DNA of 64,000 bases from Myxococcales bacterium (GTDB lineage: Bacteria; Myxococcota; Myxococcia; Myxococcales; 40CM-4-68-19). The first letter of the stretch is position 1. Every line of letters begins with the position of its first letter. Below, one piece after another: positions 50,279 to 64,000 of this stretch. The notes under the pieces were generated by a model, which saw only the letters and a list, made by a program, of their open reading frames with translations, ran no database searches and was not told where the DNA came from. The translations under genes were made by a program, and so were the position numbers. Location: positions 4,964-68,963 of the forward strand of contig JBBRMA010000020.1 of assembly GCA_038231075.1 (NCBI GenBank), in the 5' to 3' direction.

Positions 50279-52179
50279 GCCGCCGCCTCGGCCGAGGAGG
50301 GCGGACCCTCGAGCGGGAGCAGCACCGAGAAGCGCGCGCCGCCCAGGGCCTGCGCCTTTCCCAGCTCGATGCGTCCGCCGTGCGCGCCGACGAAGCGCTG
50401 CGCGGTGGCCAGCCCCAGGCCCGTGCCGTTGCGCTTGGTGGTGAAGAACGGCTCGAAGAGGTGGGCGCGGGCCTCGTCGGCGACGCCGGGGCCGCTGTCC
50501 TCGATCGCGACCGTCGCCAGGGGCGCGCTGCCGGCCGCCGGAGCGAAGGTCTGCACCCGCACCTCGCGCCGCGCGTCGACCTTGCCGTCGCTGCGCCAGG
50601 CCACGGCCTCGATGGCGTTCTGGAGGAGGTTGACGAGCACGCTCTGGATGCGCTCCTCGTCACAGTCGACCAGGAGCGGCGCGGAGGCCCCGCACAGCTG
50701 CAGCTCGAGCCGCACGTCGGCGTCCTTTGCCTGCTCCCTGCAGAGGTCGGCCGCGGCGCGGAGCAGCGCGTGCAGATCGACGCGGCGGCGGGCGATGCGC
50801 GGGGTCCGCGCGAACACCAGCAGCTCGTCGGTCAGCGTGCGCAGCCGCGTCACCTCGGTGCGCACCTGCGCGTGCACGCGGGCCAGCCCCTCGACAGAGC
50901 GCGCGTGCCCCGCGATCAGATCGACGCCCATGCCGATGGCCCCGAGCGAGTTCTTCAGCTCGTGCGAGATCACGGCCGCGGCCTGGCCCATGGCGGCGAG
51001 GCGCTCCTGGGCCAGCAGCGAGCGCTGCGCCTCCTCGAGCTCGGCGGTGCGGGCGTGGACCCTCTCCTCGAGCGAGGCGGCCAGCTCGCGGATGCGGAGC
51101 AGGTCGGCGGAGTGGCGGTCGTCGCCCTCGGCCAGCTTCTCGCGCAGCTCGCGGAAGGCGCGCGCCAGCTCGCCCAGCTCATCGGTGCGCGCGGCCAGCC
51201 CGGCGACCGGCGCGGCCGGCGCTGGTGCGCCCGGGCTGCCGCGCTGCTCGCCGAGGTGGCGCACCGCCGAGACCAGCGCGTTGAGCGGCCCCGTCAGGAA
51301 GCGCGAGGCAAAGAAGCCGAGCAGGATCGCAAATGCCGCGCCTATCGAAAGTGAGAGCGTCAATAATTTCAATAACCGTCGCTGGCTGTGGTCGAGCTGC
51401 GAGTAGCGCCAGCGGTAGACCAGCCCGAAGTCGGCCCGCGCGACCGGCGCGTGGGCATAGAGGTAGCGGACGCCTTGGCTCTCTTCGACAAAGGCCGAGG
51501 CCGCCCCGCGCGAGGCGCGCACGGCCCGCTCCCAGCCGCCTGCGAGCGCGGTCGGCCAGAGCACGCCGCCCGAGCGATCGACCAGCGCCGCCTCGGTGCC
51601 CGACGGCAGCGCCCCGGTGAGCGCCGGGGAGATCACGCGATCGTTGCGCAGATCGATGATGCCGCGCAGGACGCCCGCCGCGTTGCCGGGCTTGCCGCCG
51701 ATGGGCACCACCACGTCGAGCCGCGTAGCGCCATCCCCGGTGCGCTCGCCCAGCACCAGGGGACCTGTGGCCCTCTTGCCCGCGCGAAACCAGGCCGCCT
51801 CGGGAAAGGCGCGCCCCTCGCAGTCGGGCGACGCCGGCTCGGACCACAGGCAGCGGCCCTGCGCGTCCTCGATCTGCAGGCCGATGTTGAAGAGCGTCGA
51901 GTTGCGGTGGGCGTGCGCGAGCAGGGCCGCCTCTGGCTTCAGGTCGTTGTCGGTGAGGTCCACCTCGGCCATCTGCGAAAGCCGGACCAGCTCGCGCGTC
52001 GCCAGCTCCAGGTTGTAGCCGAGGGCGAAGGCGCGGTTCTGCACCAGCAGCAGCTGCTTCTGTAAGAGCTCGGCGGCGGCGCTGGCGCGCGACTCGGCGA
52101 CGAGCAACAGACCTGTGGCGGATGCGGCCCCGAGCGCCGTCAGGCAAGAGAGCAGCGCGATGCGGGGACGCAGGTTCAT
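50275..52179 (-). CDS. Sensor histidine kinase (TM-Cache-like-TM-HAMP-HisKA-HATPase)
   Basis: DELGELARAF, ISHELKNSL, NLLQNA, DSGPG, GTGLGL; GTGA overlap with the regulator. Confidence 0.92.
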
Positions 52180-52219
52180 CGGGGCCGAGCTTACCGCCCG
52201 CCGGGGATTCGTGGCCGAA

Positions 52220-52259
52220 CTACAAGAAACCTGCAGTCGCAGCTCCAAGAACCTTGCAG
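52220..52259. promoter_or_regulatory. Two imperfect palindromic enhancer (UAS) sites
   Basis: CTACAAG-AAA-CCTGCAG (52220-36) and CTCCAAG-AAC-CTTGCAG (52243-59); consensus CTGCAAG-N3-CTTGCAG. Confidence 0.6.
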
Positions 52260-52297
52260 CCTCGGGGCTCCGCTCGGAGCGCGCGCAGGGGCCCTGC

Positions 52298-52314
52298 CCG
52301 GTACGGGCCTTGCT
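52298..52314 (+). promoter_or_regulatory. Sigma54 (-24/-12) promoter of the efflux operon
   Basis: CCGGTACGGGCCTTGCT: GG(52300-01)-N10-GC(52312-13). Confidence 0.65.
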
Positions 52315-52329
52315 CGTGCTGGACCGTCC

Positions 52330-53609
52330 ATGATCTGCCTTGCGATCACACTTGCCGTCCTCGCCGCCCAGCCTGCCGCGCCGGAGCTTCCCGCGAAGCT
52401 GACGCTCGGCGAGGCCCTGCGCCTCTTTCGCGAGCGGGGGCTCGATCTGCTGCTCGCGGACGCGCAGGTGCAGAGCGCCCAGGCGGACCAGGCCTCGGCG
52501 GCAGCGGTCCCCAATCCCAACGCCTCGGCGGGCGTCGGCCGCTCGTTCAACTACGACCCGAGCTGCCAGGGCTGCTCGGCGCTGCAGCTCTCGGTCGGGC
52601 TCTCGGACAACGCGGCGCTCTCCGATTCCATCTCGGGCAAGCGGGGCTTGCGCAAGGACGTCGCGGCCCACGCGCTCGCCGCCGCGAAGCTCGGCCGCGC
52701 CGATGCCCAGCGCACGCTCGAGCTCTTGCTCAAGCAGGTCTATCTGCAGTCGGTGCTCGCCCGCGCCCAGCTCCGCTTCGCCGAGGAGACCGAGCAGACC
52801 TTCGCGCGCACCCAGGGGTTGCAGCGGGAGAAGCTGCGCCTCGGGGCCATCTCCGACGCCGATCTGGCCCGCGTCGACGTCGCTGCCCTCGAGGCGCTGC
52901 AGGCGCGCGACCAGGCCGCGCAGGCGCTCCGGGCCGCGCGGGCGCAGCTCGGGCTGCTGCTCGGCGTGCGCGGGCTCTTGCCGGACTTCGACGTCGACGA
53001 GGCGGCCCTCTCCGAGGTGCCAGAGAAGCAGCTGGAGAGCCGGTCGCGCGCCGAGCTCCTGCAGGCAGCGGAGAAGAACCGGCCCGACCTGCTCGCGTTC
53101 GACGAGCAGATCAAGCGCGCCGAGAGCTCCATTGCGCTGGCGCGGCGGCAGCGCTGGCCGGACCCGTCGGTCTCCTTGACCTACTCGCAGGAAGGCAGCG
53201 GGCAGAGCGCGATCACGCCGCCCACCTTGACCCTGGGGCTGTCGATGGGATTACCGATTTTTTATCAACAGCAGGGCGAGATCGGTAAAGCCATCTCCGA
53301 CCTGCGCACCCAGACGCTCCAGCGGCAGAAGCTGCAGGCCCAGCTCGCCAGCGACCTCGAGGTGGCGTCGGGGCAGCTGCAGACCGCGTCCAGCCTGCTC
53401 GCCCGGATGCGCTCGGGTCTGCTCGCGCGGGCCAAGAAGGCGCGCGACCTGGTCGAGGTGCAGTACGAGAAGGGGGCGGCGACGCTGCTCGAGCTGCTCG
53501 ACGCCGAGCGCACGTACATCGCCATCCACGGCGAGTACCTGCAGGACCTGACCGGTTATTGGACCGCCGTGGCGCAGCTCGAGGCCGTCACCGCCCTGGA
53601 GCTGCGCCA

Positions 53610-53613
<4 letters not shown>
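52330..53613 (+). CDS. TolC/CzcC-family outer membrane factor
   Basis: Signal peptide; LTLGEAL, PNP, NRPDL, YEKGAATLLELLDAER. Confidence 0.92.
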
Positions 53614-55870
<2,257 letters not shown>

Positions 55871-55874
<4 letters not shown>

Positions 55875-58800
55875 TCCAGGCAGTCGTCGCCTTCGCGCTG
55901 CGCAATCGCCTGCTGGTCGGCATCTTGGGCGCTGGCCTCGTGCTCGCGGGCCTGCTCGCCTTCAAGCGGCTCCCGATCGAGGCCTATCCAAACCCCGTGC
56001 CGCCGCTGGTCGAGGTCATCGTCCAGCCGCAGGGCTGGAGCGCGGAGGAGGTCGAGCGCTACGTCACCATCCCGATCGAGATCGGCCTCTCGGGAATGCA
56101 GGGCCTGGATCACATCCGCTCGCAGTCGCTCTTCGGCCTCGCCGATATCAAGTGCTATTTCAAATGGGGCATTGAGTACAAGGACGCGCGGCAGGAGGTC
56201 ATCAATCGCCTGCAGTTCATCCAATTGCCCAATGGCCTCTCGGCGCAGCTCTCGCCCTGGAACGCGATCGGCGAGGTCTTTCGCTATGAGGTGCGCGCGC
56301 AGAAGGGCTCGACCCATGCGCTGCGCGACTTGAAGGCCGCGCAGGACTGGATCCTCGAGCGGCAGTTCAAGCAGGTGCCCGGAGTCATCGACGTCACCGG
56401 CTTTGGCGGCGAGACCAAGGAATATCACGTCGAGGTCGATCCCTTTCGGCTCCGCGCCCGCGGCGTCTCGCTCGCGCAATTGAATCAAGCGCTCTCCAAT
56501 GCCAATCAAAACGTGGGCGGCCAGCGGCTCACGCTCGGCGAGCAGGCCTATACCGTCCGCGGCATCGGTCTATTGCAGAACGAGCGGGACATCGGCGACG
56601 TGGTGATCACCGCCGCCAAGGGCGTGCCGGTGCGCGTCTCCGACGTGGCAAAGATCTCCATCGGGGCCGCGCCCCGCCTGGGAAAGGTGGGCCGCGACCA
56701 GACCGAGGACGTGGTCCAAGGGACCGTGCTGATGCGCTATGGCGGCGAGACCGCGCGAACTCTAGAAGGGATTCACGAGCGGGTAGAGTTGATCAAGAAG
56801 AACAAGCTATTGCCGCCCGGGATGGAGTTGATTCCCTACTATGACCGCGGCTGGCTGGTCGCGGTCACCACCCGCACCGTGATGGAGAACCTCCTGATCG
56901 GGATGGGCCTCGTCACGCTCGTGCTGCTGGGCTTTCTCGGCAACATCCGCGCCGCCCTCTGCACCGCGGTGACCATTCCCCTGGCGCTCCTCTGCGCCTT
57001 TTGCGGAATGGTGGCCACCGGCTCGTCGGCCAACTTGATCTCGCTCGGCGCGGTCGATTTCGGCATCGTCGTCAACTCAGCCGTGATCATGGTCGAGAAC
57101 ATCTTTCGCCACCTGGGCTCGCACGGCCGCGGCACCATGAGCGAGCGCATGCACGACGCCGCCGCCGAGGTGGGCCGGCCGATGGCCTTCTCGACCATCA
57201 TCATCGGCGTCGCCTTCCTGCCGCTGCTCACCATGACCGGCGTCTCCGGAGTCATCCTCTCGCCGATGGCCATCACCTATGCCTTCGCCATCGGCGGCGC
57301 GGTGCTCATCTCGCTGACCATCACTCCGGTGCTCGTCTCGCTCTTCATTCCCGCCGCGATGGAGGAGAAGCAGACGCTGGTCGTGCGCGCCTTCGAAGGC
57401 ATCTACAACCCGCTCTTCCGCGCCTCGCGCAAGCATCCGCGCATCGCCTTTGCGTTGGCCTTGATTCCAATCCTCCTGCCGATCGCGCTCTTCCCCCTGC
57501 TGGGCCGCGAGTTCATGCCCAAGCTCGAGGAGGGCAACTTCTGGATCCGCGCCACCCTCCCGTCGTCGGTGGCGCTCGAGACCTCCACCGCGCACGTGGG
57601 CCGGCTGCGCAAGATCCTCCTTGGCCATCCCGAGATCATCACCGTGGTCTCGCAGGTGGGCCGGCCCGACGATGGGACCGACGTGGCGGGCTTTGGAAAT
57701 ATCGAGTTCTTCGCCCCATTGAAATCATTTGACCAGTGGCCCAAGGGCTTGACCAAGGAGAAGCTCACCGAGCAGCTCGCCAAGGAGCTCGGCGAGGCAG
57801 CGCCCGGGATGGGCTTCAACTTTTCTCAATACATCTCCGACAACGTCGAGGAGGCCATCTCCGGCGTCAAAGGCGAGAACAGCGTCAAGGTGGTCGGGCC
57901 CGATATCCAGAAGAACGAGGCCGCCGCCGAGACCATCGCCGAGACCATGGGCAAGGTCACCGGCGTCAAGGACGTCGGCGTCTTTCATTCAATGGGCCAG
58001 CCGAGCGTGCGCATCGTGCCCGATCGCGAGAAGGCGCAGCGTTATGGGCTCAATACCGGCGATATCGAGGCGGTCATCCAAGCCGCCATCGGCGGGCAGA
58101 CCGTCACCTCGGTCTTCGAGGGCGAAAAGTCCTTTGCCCTCACCGTGCGCTGGCTGCCGACCTATCGCGGCAGCGTCGAGGCCATCCGCCAGATCACGGT
58201 GGCCTCGCCCGACGGAACCCAGCTCCCCCTCGGCCAGCTCGCCTCGGTGACGCTCGAGGACAGCCCCGCCGTCGTCTTTCGCGAGGACGGCAGCCGCTAT
58301 TCGCCCGTCAAGTTCTCGGTGCGCGGACGCGACCTCTCCTCGACGGTGGTCGAGGCCCAGCAGGCCGTGACCGACAAGGTGCTGCTGCCGCCCGAGACGC
58401 ACCTTGAGTGGGCCGGCGAGATCAACGAGCTCAACGAGGCCTTCGGCCGGCTCCTGGTCGTCATTCCCATCACCCTCTTGCTCATCATGTTCCTCATCTA
58501 TTCGGCGGTGAAGAAGTGGGTCGATACCATCCTCGTCCTGGTGTCGATTCCGGTGGCCTGCACCGGCGGCATCGTCGCGCTCCTGCTCGCGGGCGAGAAC
58601 TTCTCGGTCTCGGCCGCGATGGGCTTCGTCTCCATCTTCGGCATCGCCATCGAGGGCGCCATCCTGGTGGTCTCGTACGCGCAGCGCCGCCGGGCCGCGG
58701 GGCAGAGCATCGAAGACTCGGCCTATGCCGCCGCCGGCCAGCTCTTGCGTCCGATGCTGATGACGACGCTGGTGGCCACGCTCGGCCTCTTGCCCGCGGC

Positions 58801-58951
58801 CCTCTCGAACGGCATCGGCGCGCAGACCCAGAAGCCCCTCGCCATCGTCGTCATCGGCGGCTCCCTGTCCCTTGCACTACTTACGCAGGTGCTGGCCCCG
58901 ACCCTGCTTTCGTTCGTTCACCGGCTCTTAGAGAGAGACGCTCCCTCTTGA
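55871..58951 (+). CDS. CusA/CzcA-family heavy-metal RND permease
   Basis: LPIEAYP, EEVERYVTIPIE, ANLISLGAVDFG, EFMPKLEEG, RPMLMT, QKPLAIVVIGG. Confidence 0.93.
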
Positions 58952-58985
58952 CACCCGGGCTGACCGCAGGCTCTCGTCGTAGGCC

Positions 58986-60941
<1,956 letters not shown>

Positions 60942-60992
60942 GAAATGGTTTCTGCACGCCGGGCGTGGTCGAGCCCGGCTGCCCCGAAGTCG

Positions 60993-61079
60993 GACCCTGC
61001 CTCTGCCTCTGCCTCTGCCTCTGCTCCCTACCTTTTCAAGAGCTGGGGATAAGGCAGAGGCAGAGGCAAAGGCAGGGTC
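60993..61079. terminator. Long inverted repeat built from 6-bp units, probable bidirectional terminator
   Basis: GACCCTGC(CTCTGC)n ... (GCAGAG)n GCAAAGGCAGGGTC between convergent genes. Confidence 0.65.
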
Positions 61080-61097
61080 TGCTTGCGAGCTGCTATA

Positions 61098-61739
61098 TCA
61101 GTGGCCGGACCGTGTTGATTTGGCCGGATCTGGCCCCAGATGCGAAGTATCGTTCCACAGGCGGATGAAGGGATCCTTGTTGGCGCGCAACTCAATCAGG
61201 TTCAAGGCGCACTCATCTTGCGCCCAGCGCGTGCGATAGGAAGCGAGCGGGGCGCCACTCAAGGCGGCGCCGAGCGCGCGGATGGTGGCCTTGTGCGAGA
61301 CCACGAGCACGGGGCCCGTGGCGACGCTTTGACGGGCGAGGATCTCTTGCAGGGCGGCCTGGGCGCGGGCGGCCACCTCAGCGATGGTCTCGCCGGCCGG
61401 AGGCGAGATGTTCACCGGGTCGCGCTGCCAATCGTCGAAGCGCTGGCCGCTCTTTTCGCGCGCTTGAGTCGGAGAGAGTCCTTCCCAATCACCGTAGTGA
61501 ATCTCCGTCAGTCCGGGCAGGATCGACGCCGATAGAGCGGGAGCAATCAAGGTGGACGTCTCCCCCGTGCGGCCGAGCGGTGAGCGATAGACCGCGGCAA
61601 AGGAAACGCTCTTCAATCGCGCCCCGAGCGCGGCGGCCTGGGCGCGGCCCTGCTCGGTGAGCGGCAGCTCGCGCTGCCCGTTGAAGGAATCGACCGCGCT
61701 GGAGGCGGTCTGCGCGTGGCGGCAAAGATAGATCAGCAT
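61098..61739 (-). CDS. Histidine phosphatase (phosphoglycerate mutase family)
   Basis: CRHAQT, LTEQG, SPLGR, EIHYGDWEG, VVSH. Confidence 0.88.
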   Translation of the reverse strand: MLIYLCRHAQTASSAVDSFNGQRELPLTEQGRAQAAALGARLKSVSFAAVYRSPLGRTGETSTLIAPALSASILPGLTEIHYGDWEGLSPTQAREKSGQRFDDWQRDPVNISPPAGETIAEVAARAQAALQEILARQSVATGPVLVVSHKATIRALGAALSGAPLASYRTRWAQDECALNLIELRANKDPFIRLWNDTSHLGPDPAKSTRSGH

Positions 61740-61757
61740 GGGACCATCCTGCCCGAT

Positions 61758-64000
61758 TCAGGGCTGCAAGAGCAGCGGAGTGCCCACGGCAGGCTGGTGC
61801 AGCCGGGTGCGGCCAGTGGTGTCGCCGCGCAGCCAATCGCCCTGCTGGTCGAGCCGGTGCGGGCTGCCGAGGTGGCCCGATTGGCCGAGCGGCAGGACCA
61901 GCGTGGTCGCGTCCGGGTCGCCGAAATCGACCACCATCCGCATGCTCTGGCCGTGCGAAGGATTGCCGACCCGCACGCAGGTCGAGCAGCCGCTCTGCTC
62001 CGCCTGGGGCGGGTCAAAGAGCCACGCGAGCGGTCCGCCGCCAAAGCCGAAGGCGTGGTGGATCTGCGTCTTGTTGTAGGCGCCCCAGGTGACTCCATGT
62101 TGCGAGGCAAGCCACTCCTCGGCGCGCGCCTGCGCCCGCGCGAGCAGCGCCGCCTTGTCGCCGAGCCCCGCGCGGGTCCAGGCCGCTTGCGGCTCGCGCA
62201 GCGCCTCTTCGACCGAGGGCGCGTCATTCCCCCAGCTCAGCTCCTCGAGCGGCTGCGCCACGGCGGCCACCCGCAGCTCGCGCCGGAGCGCGTTGAGCAG
62301 CGCCACCGAGGCCAGCATGCGCTTGTCGTCGGCGCGGGCCGAGCCGTCAAAGCCCTCGAGCGCCGTCGCCAGCGCGCCTTTGCCGAGCTGACCCTGGAGC
62401 AGGGCGGCCAGGTCGCGGTGCAAGGGCGAAGTGGCGTCGAGCTGCATCTGGCGCACCTCGTCGGCCGTCAGCTTGTCTTTGGCTGAGTCGATCAGCTCGA
62501 CGATGCGGCGGGCGCGGCTCGGGTTCGCCCACTGCGTCGCCACCGCGTGAGGGAACGAGCTGCCGATGACGCGCTGGTTGGCTGTGACCAGGCGGCCGCT
62601 CGGCGGATCGGCGATGCGCGGCATCTCGGACTGCGGGACGAACCCCTGCCACTCGTGCGCGCCGCCCTGGGCCTCGACGATCGACGAGCCATCGTCGCCG
62701 GCGGGGCGGAGGGGAATGCGGCCGGTGGCGCGCCAGCCGATGTGCCCGTCGGCGTCGGCATAGACGACATTCTGCGCGGGGCCTGGGAACTGATCGAAGG
62801 CGGCGTTGAAGCTGGCCCAGTCGTGCGCCGTCATGATCGCCTCCAGCGGCGTCGAGAGCGTGCGCGGGTCGAGCGCGGTCCAATGCAGGGACAGCCCGTC
62901 CATCACCTGCGGCCCGTGAGCGCCGATCTTCACCACCAGCTCCACCGCGGCCTCGCCCTTGACGGCGATGCGCTCGCGCCGCTCCGAGACGGGCGCCTCG
63001 CGATACAGGTCCTGCACGTCGGTCCCGATGTTGGTGAAGCCCCAGGCCACGCGATCGTTCTGGCCGATGATGACGCCGGGCACGCCGGGCAGCGTCACGC
63101 CTTGCACGAAGCGGCCGGCCCACTCGATGCGCGCGGCGTACCAGAGCCCCGGCGCGCGCAGGCCGAGGTGCGGGTCGTTGGCCAGGATGGGCTTGCCCGA
63201 GCGCGTGCGGCTCCCGGCGATGACCCAGTTGTTCGAGCCAAGCCAGGCGGGACGCGTGCCGGCATCGTCGGGCAGGGTTGTCGAATCAGCTGGTTCGATA
63301 GGATTCGATAAGTGTCGAAGTTGCAGCTCCGCGTGCTCGGCGTGGAAGAGCAGCGCGGAGTCACCGCCTTTGGGCACCGGCACGGCATCTGGCACCAGCA
63401 GCACGTCCTCGTCGGTGGCGCGAGGGAAGAGGAAGAGCCGCTTCGCCTCGGTCAGCGCCTGGAGGGCGCCTGTGCGCTGCTCGGTGCGCCAGCTGGAGGA
63501 GAGGTCCTCGTGCATCAAGAGCAGGGTGGCGACCGAGTCCGCTGGGGTCCAGGCCCTGGGCGCCGAGCGAAGGATGGCCAGCTCGAGCCCCAGCCGCCGG
63601 GGGCGCGCGGCCAGCCAGGCGTTGACGCCGTCTGCATAGGCTTGCAGGTGCTGCCGCTCGGCGGGTGGCAGGAGCGCCGCGGCCGCCTCGGCGACCTGGG
63701 CGAAGCCGTAGGTGCGATGCAGCTGGTCCAGGCGCAGCGCGGCCTTGCCGACCAGCTCCGCCAGCTCGCCGCGGGCGGTGCGCCGCTGCAGCTCCATCTG
63801 GAAGAAGCGCTCGCGGGCGTGGAGCAGGCCCAGCGCCCGCGAGGCGTCGAGCAGGTTGGCGGCGTGCAGCGTGGGCACGGCGCGCGCGTCGAAATCCACG
63901 CCCAGCGAGGTCGAGAGGCCCGGCAGCCGCGGCGCTTCGCTGCCGGGAAGCTGGCGGCGCACCGCGAACCAGAGGGCGATCGCGACTCCGATGGCCACGC
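61758..64000 (-). CDS. Penicillin acylase family Ntn-hydrolase (5' end outside the window)
   Basis: ERFFQMELQRR, GSNNWV, ILANDPHL, GWRATG, GQSGHLGSPH. Confidence 0.92.
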   Translation of the reverse strand, partial: VAIGVAIALWFAVRRQLPGSEAPRLPGLSTSLGVDFDARAVPTLHAANLLDASRALGLLHARERFFQMELQRRTARGELAELVGKAALRLDQLHRTYGFAQVAEAAAALLPPAERQHLQAYADGVNAWLAARPRRLGLELAILRSAPRAWTPADSVATLLLMHEDLSSSWRTEQRTGALQALTEAKRLFLFPRATDEDVLLVPDAVPVPKGGDSALLFHAEHAELQLRHLSNPIEPADSTTLPDDAGTRPAWLGSNNWVIAGSRTRSGKPILANDPHLGLRAPGLWYAARIEWAGRFVQGVTLPGVPGVIIGQNDRVAWGFTNIGTDVQDLYREAPVSERRERIAVKGEAAVELVVKIGAHGPQVMDGLSLHWTALDPRTLSTPLEAIMTAHDWASFNAAFDQFPGPAQNVVYADADGHIGWRATGRIPLRPAGDDGSSIVEAQGGAHEWQGFVPQSEMPRIADPPSGRLVTANQRVIGSSFPHAVATQWANPSRARRIVELIDSAKDKLTADEVRQMQLDATSPLHRDLAALLQGQLGKGALATALEGFDGSARADDKRMLASVALLNALRRELRVAAVAQPLEELSWGNDAPSVEEALREPQAAWTRAGLGDKAALLARAQARAEEWLASQHGVTWGAYNKTQIHHAFGFGGGPLAWLFDPPQAEQSGCSTCVRVGNPSHGQSMRMVVDFGDPDATTLVLPLGQSGHLGSPHRLDQQGDWLRGDTTGRTRLHQPAVGTPLLLQP

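Overview
GC-rich (about 70% by eye) bacterial chromosome segment with a myxobacterial signature: Ser/Thr kinase-ECF sigma pairs, a MYXO-CTERM protein, a DAG-repeat lipoprotein and sigma54 systems. Most of it is housekeeping or accessory metabolism: a selenocysteine formate dehydrogenase operon (fdnG with in-frame UGA + SECIS, fdnH, fdnI, fdhE), purB, dut, thiO, acs, acyl-CoA dehydrogenase and ligase, a Ski2-like helicase, a stand-alone Prim-Pol, a flap endonuclease, MoxR/VWA, and a czc-type RND efflux operon with a divergent sigma54 two-component system. Three loci stand out. (1) A two-gene cassette at 48045-48882 encodes a signal-peptide/coiled-coil/gp5-VgrG-tip-like mini-spike and a signal-peptide, polyproline-tethered PAAR protein, with no T6SS, eCIS or phage genes in the window. 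(2) An ECF sigma sits next to a receptor Ser/Thr kinase whose extracytoplasmic domain is a lytic transglycosylase, followed by a secreted paralogous transglycosylase. (3) The RND system has a natural tandem-fused adaptor, a D-to-N change at a proton-relay position, and a readable sigma54 promoter with two palindromic enhancer sites. No rRNA, tRNA, CRISPR array or transposase was recognised. All calls come from reading motifs by eye; no database searches were run.
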